Shown here: one piece after another, positions 36,235 through 44,527 of the stretch
Numbering within the stretch: the first letter of the stretch is position 1
Layout: each line of letters starts with the position of its first letter
Notes under the pieces: model-generated
The model's database searches: none
Seen by the model: the letters and a program-made list of their open reading frames with translations, nothing else
Told to the model about the DNA's origin: nothing
Position numbers and translations under genes: made by a program
Source of the DNA: a virus
Lineage: Duplodnaviria > Caudoviricetes
DNA: 57,508 bases
Strand: one strand, 5' to 3'
Virus record (IMG/VR): IMGVR_UViG_3300020034_000016
Location: 1-57,508 of that record

Positions 36235-36995
36235 AAGTCCACGTAGCGCATCCGTACCTGCGAAATCCACCACATAAAATAACGGTCGCCGTCGCCGGGA
36301 TCGGTGGCACCGGCAGCCAGGTCCTAACAGGCCTCGGCCGAATCAATGAAGCCCTGCTCTCCATGGGTCACCCGGGTTTGCATGTTCGAGCCTACGATAA
36401 TGATCAGGTGACATCGGCCAATATAGGCCGGCAGCTTTTCAGCACTTCCGATCTCGGGCATAATAAGGCCGTAGTCCTTACCACACGTATCAACCGATTC
36501 TACGGTCTGGAGTGGGAAGCTGTCCCTGAAATCTTCGGCGGACAATGCAATTCAAATATCACCATCTCCTGTATCGATACCGCTATGGGTCGGGTAATGA
36601 TGGGGATGAAGCTCGAGAGTGTCCGTAAGACTCGTCGCGACGATCCTGAGCAACGGTTGTATTGGATGGATCTCGGCAACCTGCAGAAGACAGGACAGGT
36701 CATTCTCGGTACGCTGGTGCCCGTTGAACAACCCAAGGGTGTAAAGAATACCAGGGCGAATCTCAAGACAGTGACTTCTATGTTTCCCCAACTCAAAACC
36801 ATTCAGGAAGATAAGTTGGGGCCCAGCTGCTCACTTGCGGAAGCACTGAATAAACAGGATCTATTCATCAATTCAACGCTTGCGCAGTTTGGCTGCGGTC
36901 TGATCTGGAAATTATTCCGGGAAGGATCTATCCGTTACCATGGCTGCTACTTAAACCTCGATTCTTTCATCGTAAACCCCATCAAAATAAAATGA
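36231..36995 (+). CDS. PRTRC ThiF-family E1-like activating enzyme
   Basis: GIGGTGS, NIGRQLF, ISCID, YWMDLGN, PSCSLAEALNKQDLFIN. Confidence 0.92.
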   Translation: MKVHVAHPYLRNPPHKITVAVAGIGGTGSQVLTGLGRINEALLSMGHPGLHVRAYDNDQVTSANIGRQLFSTSDLGHNKAVVLTTRINRFYGLEWEAVPEIFGGQCNSNITISCIDTAMGRVMMGMKLESVRKTRRDDPEQRLYWMDLGNLQKTGQVILGTLVPVEQPKGVKNTRANLKTVTSMFPQLKTIQEDKLGPSCSLAEALNKQDLFINSTLAQFGCGLIWKLFREGSIRYHGCYLNLDSFIVNPIKIK

Positions 36996-37579
36996 GCAAC
37001 ATCCTTGTAATTACTATCTCCTTAATCCCTCTTGCCGTAATGGCGGATGCAATCTGTCAGTTAAAAAGGCGGATACGCAATAAGAAGGTAAAGATCTATG
37101 AGCTCGAGACATATCTGATGGTGGTGCGAACCCAACGGGATATTTACCGGAATGATTATGAAGAGCTGCTGCAGTCAATTAGACAAAGTCCGATAGATAT
37201 GGACTTATTTATAAATCAAATCAAAATTCAAGGAACAATGAGCAAGAAGGTAAGCATGCCTCATGATTTCAGGACCAGGATCGTTCTGAAACCAAAAGAC
37301 GATGATGGTGACGCGTCAAAGGTGGATCCCAGCGGATCCGAGTTCACCACACTGGATGACACGGTTGTAACCGTAGAAAAGGTGGACGAAGTGACGTTCG
37401 ATGTGGTGGGGGTCCCTCACACTGCCGACGAGAGCGTCAAGAACACGATCGTGAAGTGGAAGCTCGATGCGGACCGCGGCGAAGGCGTCGTGACGCTTGA
37501 GGGCGAGATCGAGTTTGAGATCACCGCTGATCAGGCGACCACGGTCGAAGAAGAGATCGGCACGCCGGTTCATCAGTAA
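36992..37579 (+). CDS. TM/coiled-coil region in frame with an acidic beta-rich domain (possible internal start at 37238)
   Basis: Two compositionally different halves; A-rich leader before MSKKV. Confidence 0.55.
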   Translation: MSNILVITISLIPLAVMADAICQLKRRIRNKKVKIYELETYLMVVRTQRDIYRNDYEELLQSIRQSPIDMDLFINQIKIQGTMSKKVSMPHDFRTRIVLKPKDDDGDASKVDPSGSEFTTLDDTVVTVEKVDEVTFDVVGVPHTADESVKNTIVKWKLDADRGEGVVTLEGEIEFEITADQATTVEEEIGTPVHQ

Positions 37580-37653
37580 ATGACAAGCCCGGTGGCACGT
37601 GGCGCCGGGCTTCTTACTACCCCATTATTCAATTCCCTGAACGCAAATCTTAC

Positions 37654-38277
37654 ATGTTAAGCCCTTTCTCTCCTCTCGAACTACAATTCCTCCGCTCCTC
37701 ATTGTCCACCCGGACCGATGAAGAATTGGCCGACCTCATGGAGCGCCCGTTGCAGGATATTACTGATATCATCAATGAGCTGACCGCTGGTGAGGCAGAC
37801 TCTCGTACGGCAGATGTTCGTTCAGCTCGTGAAGAGAAGGAGAAACGCAGGCTGGAAAAACTGCAAGCCCTGGCAAAGGAAAGGGCTGATCGCAAGGAAG
37901 AGCGCCTGCAGCATAAACGGGAACAGCGACCTCCGAAGGCGGCGAAAGTAAAAGCCGCTAAGCCGATCAAACCCAAGAAGGAAAAGGTTAACCGGGATCC
38001 CGGTGGGCTTAAAGCTCGCCAGGCAGAACGCGATCGTGAACGCCAAAAATCCAGGAACCTCGACGAACGCCGGCAGGCGGAGAAGCGCCAGTCCGAAAGT
38101 CGTGGCAAATTAAGGACTCGCGTCGTCGACTACAGCCAGATGAGAAGTGTCAAGGTGGATAACGGCACTTATATCTACGTCAAAAAGGGAGAGGACCCTG
38201 CAGCTGCTATACAGCTTTACAAAGCCAACAATTCAAACAACATACTTCGAGAAAAAATCAGATCTCATAATTTTTAA
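37654..38277 (+). CDS. Highly charged hypothetical protein
   Basis: K/R/E-rich helical ORF. Confidence 0.6.
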   Translation: MLSPFSPLELQFLRSSLSTRTDEELADLMERPLQDITDIINELTAGEADSRTADVRSAREEKEKRRLEKLQALAKERADRKEERLQHKREQRPPKAAKVKAAKPIKPKKEKVNRDPGGLKARQAERDRERQKSRNLDERRQAEKRQSESRGKLRTRVVDYSQMRSVKVDNGTYIYVKKGEDPAAAIQLYKANNSNNILREKIRSHNF

Positions 38278-38288
38278 AATCAATTGTA

Positions 38289-39056
38289 ATGAATCACACG
38301 TCCTCCAAGGTCAAGGTCTACCAAACCAGCGACTATAAAATTTTCCTCATGGTCGATGGTAACCGGCCAATCAATAAAAAGAAGGTCCAGCGGATCATCG
38401 CCGAGATCCAGAGCGGCAACGACGTGCTTGATGAGGTTCCCGTTTTGGTTAAGGAGCATAAGAGCAAGCTCGAGGTGATGGATGGCCAGCACAGGTTAGA
38501 GGTCGCCCGGCAGCTGGCCCGGCCGGTTCACTACATCATCCACGCCGCGAACATGACACTTCACAACGTGGCCAAGATCAATAGCAATACTGAGAAATGG
38601 AAGGACGCTGATTTCATCAACTGTTACGTGAAGGCTGGAAACAACAATTACAAGCGCCTGGACGCATTTTTAAAGCAATACGGAATCGCGGTCGGCACAT
38701 CGCTTATGCTGCTATCCCGTGGTTCGCTGCAGGCAGATGGAAGCACCGGTGAAGACCTTCTTCGCCTCTCCTTCGAGCAAGGGACATATGAGGTCAAGAA
38801 GTATAAAGAGGCTGTGCTGATCGCTGAGACCTGCAAGGCCTTTGTGGAGTTCTCTTGCTGGAACGGACGAAACTTCGTAAAAGCAATATGCAAACTGGTC
38901 GATGCGGGAAAGGAAGACTTTAAGATGGACATCCTTGTAAAGAAGTTCAAGAGCGATCCGAAGCGCTTGCAGGCGCAGGGCAACTGGAAGCAATACATGG
39001 CGAATCTGGAGGAGATCTACAATATCGGGAATTCCAAAAGACGAGTGATCTACTAA
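38289..39056 (+). CDS. ParB/Srx N-terminal domain protein
   Basis: GNRPI, VPVLV, VMDGQHRL. Confidence 0.82.
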   Translation: MNHTSSKVKVYQTSDYKIFLMVDGNRPINKKKVQRIIAEIQSGNDVLDEVPVLVKEHKSKLEVMDGQHRLEVARQLARPVHYIIHAANMTLHNVAKINSNTEKWKDADFINCYVKAGNNNYKRLDAFLKQYGIAVGTSLMLLSRGSLQADGSTGEDLLRLSFEQGTYEVKKYKEAVLIAETCKAFVEFSCWNGRNFVKAICKLVDAGKEDFKMDILVKKFKSDPKRLQAQGNWKQYMANLEEIYNIGNSKRRVIY

Positions 39057-39059
39057 CCC

Positions 39060-39296
39060 GTGCGCCGGCGGGATGCAATATCGCCCCTTGCGGTTGGCTA
39101 TGACGACCTGATCCGGTCCACGGAGAAATCCCTGACCTGGATGAAGACGACATATCCCCGCAGGATCCTGGAGCGGTCTATATCGGCCTGGGAGGCGCAA
39201 CACAATATAGCCGTGGAGGAAGCGAAGCTCCGGCTGTTTAAAAAGTTCAAGAAGGATCCGCAGATAGACTTATTTAAAGCACACCAACATCAATAA
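39060..39296 (+). CDS. Hypothetical protein
   Basis: 78-aa ORF with GTG start. Confidence 0.55.
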   Translation: MRRRDAISPLAVGYDDLIRSTEKSLTWMKTTYPRRILERSISAWEAQHNIAVEEAKLRLFKKFKKDPQIDLFKAHQHQ

Positions 39297-39299
39297 CCT

Positions 39300-40028
39300 A
39301 TGGCAAAAGAATGGTTCAGTCATGATTACGGAACGCGCAATAAGAAGAAATTAGCTACCCTCCTTCACCAGGAAAAAGCCCGAGGCTATGGCTTGTTCTG
39401 GATTATCGTGGAGATGCTGTATGAAGACCGCAATAAGTACATGGAGAACGACGAACTGACTTACCTCGCGATCAGCCAGCAAAGTGGTGAGGAAATCGAA
39501 TTCATAAAATGCTTTATCGACCGCTCGATAAATGTCTACAAGGTTTTTAAAAGTGTCAGAAAAAAGTTTTTCACCACGGAAAGAGTCATCGCAGATATTA
39601 AAGTTCGCAAAGAGTTTTCCAAGCAAAAATCGAGGGCCGGTATAATTTCCGGAGAATCAAGGAGAAAGAAGGGAACACCTGTTCAACACCTGTTAACAGA
39701 TGTTCCGGAAAAAGGAACACAATTGAACACAGTACATAACAGTACAGTACATAACAGAACAATACAAGAGAGAGAGTCGCCCACTGAATTTCACAAAATT
39801 GAGGATTGCCTCATCATTGCCCTGAAAGACCAACGTTGGATAAAAGCCAGCAAAGCAGATCAGCCAAACCTGGAGGGATTCAACCGTTACCTGGAAAGCT
39901 TAGGAGAGTACCGGAAGAACCCCGGTGATTATAAAAAGCATTTCACCAACTGGGTGCGTAAGGGTTTAAATCCTCTTCTTCCCTCTGCAGCGAATAGTAA
40001 TCCGGAGCCTAAAAAAATGGTGATGTAA
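39300..40028 (+). CDS. Phage replication initiator/replisome organiser (DUF4373-like)
   Basis: WFSHD, GYGLFWIIVEMLY, KSRAG..SGESRR; internal iteron-like repeats. Confidence 0.78.
   Translation: MAKEWFSHDYGTRNKKKLATLLHQEKARGYGLFWIIVEMLYEDRNKYMENDELTYLAISQQSGEEIEFIKCFIDRSINVYKVFKSVRKKFFTTERVIADIKVRKEFSKQKSRAGIISGESRRKKGTPVQHLLTDVPEKGTQLNTVHNSTVHNRTIQERESPTEFHKIEDCLIIALKDQRWIKASKADQPNLEGFNRYLESLGEYRKNPGDYKKHFTNWVRKGLNPLLPSAANSNPEPKKMVM
39674..39757. repeat. Iteron-like repeats, candidate replication origin
   Basis: AACAnnTGTT x3 (39674, 39685, 39695) and ACAGTACATAACAG x2 (39729, 39744). Confidence 0.55.
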
Positions 40029-40029
40029 C

Positions 40030-41967
40030 ATGACGGGGGAAAACATCGAACATATCAAATCGAAGCTAAATATCGTGGAGGTGATACAGGATTTTGTAAA
40101 GCTGAAAAAGACGGGCGCCAACTTCGTGGGGCTCTGCCCCTTTCACGCGGAGAAGTCCGGGTCCTTTAGTGTCTCTCCACCAAAGCAGATTTACAAATGC
40201 TTCGGCTGTGGAAAGAGCGGCGATGCGATTCAATTCCTGGTCGAGCATGAGAACAAGTCATTCGTGGAGGCCATGGAGTACCTTGCAAAAAAGTACAACA
40301 TCGAGATCGAAGAAGCGGGAGTCAGGAAAGAATTTATTCGCCCTGAGCCAAGGCTGGAAAAGCTGGATCCAAAGAAGATCGCGTGGTTCGAGTCCCGAAA
40401 GATAAGCAACAATACGCTGCTTCGGATGAAGATAACCGAAGCAGTCGAGTGGATGCCGCAGTTTCAAAAGGATGTACCCGTGATCTGTTTCAACTACTAC
40501 CGCTTCGATGAATTGGTCAACATTAAATTTCGGGGCCCGAAGAAGTCCTTCAAGCTTTCCAAAGATGCCCAACTGATCTTCTACAATCTCGATGCATTGA
40601 TCGATGAGGAGGAAATAGTAATCGTTGAAGGCGAGCCGGATTGCCTGTCATGGATAGAGAGCGGGATCCATAACGTGATCAGTGTGCCCAACGGTGCTGC
40701 GAAGGGGAACCAAAAGCTGGAGTATCTCGACAACTGCTGGGAATATTTCCTGAAGATCAAAAAGGTCATCATTGCTGTCGACGATGATCCTGCTGGCAGG
40801 TTGCTGAAGGAAGAACTCGCTCGCCGCATCGGTAAGGAGAAATGCTGGACGGTCGAGTACCCGAAGGAATGTAAAGATTCTAACGATGTATTGGTAAAGT
40901 TGGGACCACAAGGCATCAAGGATATGTACGCCGCCGCTAAGGAATGGCCCCTTGAGGGGATTATGACCATGGATGAGATATATCCAGTCGTGGACGATTG
41001 GTTTGAACACGGCTATCCTCCGGGCGTCAAATGCGGAATCAAGGGGTTTGATCATCTTCTCTCCTTTGCTCCTGGCCAGGTGACGACAGTTACCGGAATC
41101 CCCGGGCACGGAAAAGATGAATGGTTGAACTGGGTGAAAGCTATGCTGATCAAAAAGGGATTGAATATCGGCGACTGCGGGTTTGAGGAATCGCCGGCGG
41201 AAACGACCTCCAAGATAGCCGAAAAGTTAACGGGCAAAAGCTTTGGATTCAGGAAGAACAAGGATGAACGGATGACCAAAATGCAGTTCGATTGGGCCAT
41301 TTCTCAGATCGATCAGTTCGTGCATTTCTACAATACAGAGGAAATTGAAACAACGCTGGACAACTTGTTGAAGATCGCCATACTTCTCGTACTGCGGTTC
41401 GGAATAGAATTCCTTTTCCTCAATCCCTGGAACTGGATTGAACAGGACCGGGAGCATACCATGTCAGAAACTGACTATGTGAGCAAGGCCTACTCACGGA
41501 TCATCCGGTTTGCTCGGAAATACGGCGTGCATGTTTTCGTAGTCGCACATACGACGAAGATGCAGAAAGGAAAGAACGGTAAGCATGAGATCCCCACGCT
41601 TTACAGTATCTCCGGCGGCGCCCATTTTTATAACAAAACCAATAACGGCCTTTGCGTGTACCGGGATTTTGAAACTAATGTGACTGACATCTATGTTCAA
41701 AAGGTAAAACAGCACTGGCTCGGTCACGTCGGTTTCAGCTCCTACCGGTATGACACCCATACCCGGCAGTACATATTCGACAGCTCCAATATCAAATTAC
41801 CGGAAGATTATCGCGCTCCTCCACCGGAGTTGGGAGAAGGCGCCTGGAGACCGGTGGAAGGACCACCGTTGATCGATTTCTCCAAGGCGAGGAGAAAGGA
41901 TGAAGTAGAAGAACCGCAGGCACATGAAGAAGAACTTACAAAACCAATGGACGATTTACCATTTTGA
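40030..41967 (+). CDS. Primase-helicase (CHC2 zinc finger, TOPRIM, SF4 helicase)
   Basis: GLCPFHAEKSGSF..YKCFGCG, IVEGEPD, DDDPAG, KDSND, TGIPGHGK, VAHTTK. Confidence 0.9.
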   Translation: MTGENIEHIKSKLNIVEVIQDFVKLKKTGANFVGLCPFHAEKSGSFSVSPPKQIYKCFGCGKSGDAIQFLVEHENKSFVEAMEYLAKKYNIEIEEAGVRKEFIRPEPRLEKLDPKKIAWFESRKISNNTLLRMKITEAVEWMPQFQKDVPVICFNYYRFDELVNIKFRGPKKSFKLSKDAQLIFYNLDALIDEEEIVIVEGEPDCLSWIESGIHNVISVPNGAAKGNQKLEYLDNCWEYFLKIKKVIIAVDDDPAGRLLKEELARRIGKEKCWTVEYPKECKDSNDVLVKLGPQGIKDMYAAAKEWPLEGIMTMDEIYPVVDDWFEHGYPPGVKCGIKGFDHLLSFAPGQVTTVTGIPGHGKDEWLNWVKAMLIKKGLNIGDCGFEESPAETTSKIAEKLTGKSFGFRKNKDERMTKMQFDWAISQIDQFVHFYNTEEIETTLDNLLKIAILLVLRFGIEFLFLNPWNWIEQDREHTMSETDYVSKAYSRIIRFARKYGVHVFVVAHTTKMQKGKNGKHEIPTLYSISGGAHFYNKTNNGLCVYRDFETNVTDIYVQKVKQHWLGHVGFSSYRYDTHTRQYIFDSSNIKLPEDYRAPPPELGEGAWRPVEGPPLIDFSKARRKDEVEEPQAHEEELTKPMDDLPF

Positions 41968-41970
41968 CGC

Positions 41971-42138
41971 ATGAAGATCCGCTACAATATACCGATCGAG
42001 GTGAATAGGGACCAGTACCGACAGTTGATGCGCGATTTCAAAGCCATCGTGGCAGGACGCAAGGAAGAGGGAAAGTTTTTCATCAAGGTTTGGGATCCGC
42101 GGTTCCTCGGCGAGATCACAAAATACTTTGCCAGATGA
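41971..42138 (+). CDS. Small hypothetical protein (55 aa)
   Basis: MKIRYNIPIEVNRDQYRQLMRDFKAIVAGRKEEGKFFIKVW...; ATGA overlap with the next gene. Confidence 0.6.
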   Translation: MKIRYNIPIEVNRDQYRQLMRDFKAIVAGRKEEGKFFIKVWDPRFLGEITKYFAR

Positions 42139-42596
42139 AGCAGTGGAGTGAAAAATATATCCAGCAGTTGGCCAGGGAAGGAAAGATCAAAGGCTTTTCC
42201 GCCAACAAGCCGCGACCAGTCGTGACCTACGTTGAGAATGGCGTGGTCAAGCAAGGACATTTGCCGCGCGCCAGACCCGCCGGTCTGGTTTGGCTGGATA
42301 TGAATCTGGAGTACTGGTGTAAGAAGCGATCGATCACGCTCGAGCAGGAATACCGGTTTGAGAAGAAACGCAGGTGGCGCTTTGACTATGCCATCCCATC
42401 TATGATGATCGCTGTGGAATACGAGGGCGGCATCTTCATGGAGAAGAGCGGGCATACATCGGCCTCAGGCGTAAACCGGGACGTAGAAAAATACACACGA
42501 GCTCAGGTACTGGGATGGACGGTGATCAGGGCAACAGCGACGAGTTACAAAACAGTCTTGAAAACTTTAAAACAATTGACCATTGAAAAAGAGTGA
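42135..42596 (+). CDS. PD-(D/E)xK endonuclease (DUF559/Vsr-like)
   Basis: EYRF..RRWRFDYA...AVEYEGG...GH...RDVEKY..AQVLGW. Confidence 0.8.
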   Translation: MKQWSEKYIQQLAREGKIKGFSANKPRPVVTYVENGVVKQGHLPRARPAGLVWLDMNLEYWCKKRSITLEQEYRFEKKRRWRFDYAIPSMMIAVEYEGGIFMEKSGHTSASGVNRDVEKYTRAQVLGWTVIRATATSYKTVLKTLKQLTIEKE

Positions 42597-43131
42597 ATTC
42601 ATAGCGCGCCTGCAGGATATCCCGGGCGATCCGGAAGTAGCGATATATGATGGCCTGCGCAACCTGCATGAGGATACGGGCGAGGATGAAGGAACGTCCG
42701 CCGGCATTTATCCCGGTTTCAGAATCGAGTTCTTTGATGACGCCACCGTTCCTGAAAATGGGGAGCCATTTATCGGCCTCTGCTTCGACAATGATTTTTT
42801 TCCGGAAGAAGGCTCTGATCATTTCCATACTGTCGCCAGCGAATGGCAAAGTTGGTCGTCCCAGACATTTGAAAAAGCAACGGCCCTCTCGTCTCTTCGT
42901 AAATTATTGAAAGAAGTAGAGGAACTGAAGACCGCCATACTGGAGGGCCATCCCACACCGCAACAGTTGGACGAGTATGCAGACTGCTTTATGTGCCTGC
43001 TGCACTCCGCCGCTCAGTCGGGTTTCAATGTGGCGGACCTCACGGTTGGAATAAAAGCAAAAGTTGAAGTCAACTACGAGCGGATCTGGATCCACAATAA
43101 ACTGGATAATACCTATTCACATAAAAAGTAA
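42583..43131 (+). CDS. Protein with C-terminal DUF550/MazG-like dNTP pyrophosphohydrolase domain
   Basis: WSSQTF, LRKLLKEVEEL, DEYADC, KVEVNYERIW. Confidence 0.72.
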   Translation: MKKSEFIARLQDIPGDPEVAIYDGLRNLHEDTGEDEGTSAGIYPGFRIEFFDDATVPENGEPFIGLCFDNDFFPEEGSDHFHTVASEWQSWSSQTFEKATALSSLRKLLKEVEELKTAILEGHPTPQQLDEYADCFMCLLHSAAQSGFNVADLTVGIKAKVEVNYERIWIHNKLDNTYSHKK

Positions 43132-43139
43132 CATCAAAC

Positions 43140-43418
43140 ATGAAAAGAACATTACTGATCACATTGATCGCCGTCTCTGCAGCAACAGCTATCGCCTTCC
43201 AAACCCTCAAACCGGCCGGGAAGCTGAAGGTGGAGTACTCGGCGGAAGAATGGCAGACGAAACTCAATATCCTGGAATACACCAAGGAGGTTTTGAAGAG
43301 CTCCAGCGTTGCGAGCAATGTAGCGCTACCACTCTGTGACACGCTTTCCAGCATACAGAGACAGTGGTTACAGCAGCTGCAGCCGCAGATCAAGACCGAT
43401 TCAGCCAAAAAGAAATAA
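43140..43418 (+). CDS. Small exported protein
   Basis: Signal peptide MKRTLLITLIAVSAATAIA. Confidence 0.6.
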   Translation: MKRTLLITLIAVSAATAIAFQTLKPAGKLKVEYSAEEWQTKLNILEYTKEVLKSSSVASNVALPLCDTLSSIQRQWLQQLQPQIKTDSAKKK

Positions 43419-43421
43419 CCG

Positions 43422-43859
43422 ATGAATAAGAAAACGACTTCGATGCCCGAGCACATCTTGCCCGACGATTTCGGAAGCAGCTTCGCCGTGATCAACTGGG
43501 AATGCACCTGGTACAAGATCCCGTTCATCGTCCTCGAGGACATGGCCGAAGACTGGTTCCAGGTTGCAAAGAAGAACAGATCCTACGGGACAAAGCATTA
43601 CCATGGCGATCATGCTGGCCTCCTCGCCTGGCTTGTCCAGGTTGATGAGAATAACTCCAAGCTATTAGATCGCTTCAGTCTGGAAGATCTCCATGTCTGG
43701 ATGGCAAAACATCCTTACGCATCTGGCTCCGAAGAAAAGGACTTCGATCGGCTGAAAGAGTTGCTCGAGCACGAAATGCCGTTCATGCAGGCATATCAGA
43801 TATGGCAGGACCGGAAGATCCTCAATTCTAGCCTGTGTGCTATAGAACCGAATGATTGA
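43422..43859 (+). CDS. Hypothetical protein
   Basis: 145-aa ORF in operon. Confidence 0.6.
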   Translation: MNKKTTSMPEHILPDDFGSSFAVINWECTWYKIPFIVLEDMAEDWFQVAKKNRSYGTKHYHGDHAGLLAWLVQVDENNSKLLDRFSLEDLHVWMAKHPYASGSEEKDFDRLKELLEHEMPFMQAYQIWQDRKILNSSLCAIEPND

Positions 43860-44256
43860 TAAAAATAGAACGGACATGCAATACGACCCCAAATTAAAAA
43901 AGGCCATGGAAGAAATAAAGGCCATCATGCACGATGCCGGAATTGGCGGCGTAGTGATCCTGCACAGGCCCGGCTTTGTCGAATATCTGAATAAGATCGA
44001 TCCGCCATATGCATGCATCAACATCGACAACCTCAGTACTCTGAAGATCCGGGCAAAAAAGGATATGTATGCTGGCGGCGCCGAGGAGCGCAACCAGGTG
44101 CTGGCCGATACTGCCAACTTGCTGGCTACCGTCAACCACCAACTTCGGAATTCACTCGAAGCCTGGGCAGAAATTGAGAGAATATACACTGACCACGTGG
44201 GACCTCATGATCACACATCCGGTTCAGCTACCAGCCATGAGCAGCAAAACAATTAA
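43852..44256 (+). CDS. Hypothetical protein
   Basis: 134-aa ORF; start may be MQYDPK. Confidence 0.65.
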   Translation: MIDKNRTDMQYDPKLKKAMEEIKAIMHDAGIGGVVILHRPGFVEYLNKIDPPYACINIDNLSTLKIRAKKDMYAGGAEERNQVLADTANLLATVNHQLRNSLEAWAEIERIYTDHVGPHDHTSGSATSHEQQNN

Positions 44257-44266
44257 ATCGAAAATT

Positions 44267-44527
44267 ATGATACAGAAAGAAGAATGCTACGTAGGTGTCT
44301 GCGACAATTGCGGGGAAATGTTCAGCGATGGAGATTACACACTGTTCCCGTTAACCAGTGATGTAGCAGACCAGATGTCGAATTGCGATTGGTACACCGG
44401 CCGCACCGATCCAGACCATTTAGGGAAACACTATTGCCCGAGCGGAACGATCGACCATTGGACGCTTTATCTCGGCAAATCCCCATATGGTCGCATTACA
44501 TCATTCTTAAAATTATACTATGAGTAA
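44267..44527 (+). CDS. Small zinc-binding-like protein
   Basis: CDNCG...KHYCPS; start MIQKEEC. Confidence 0.55.
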   Translation: MIQKEECYVGVCDNCGEMFSDGDYTLFPLTSDVADQMSNCDWYTGRTDPDHLGKHYCPSGTIDHWTLYLGKSPYGRITSFLKLYYE

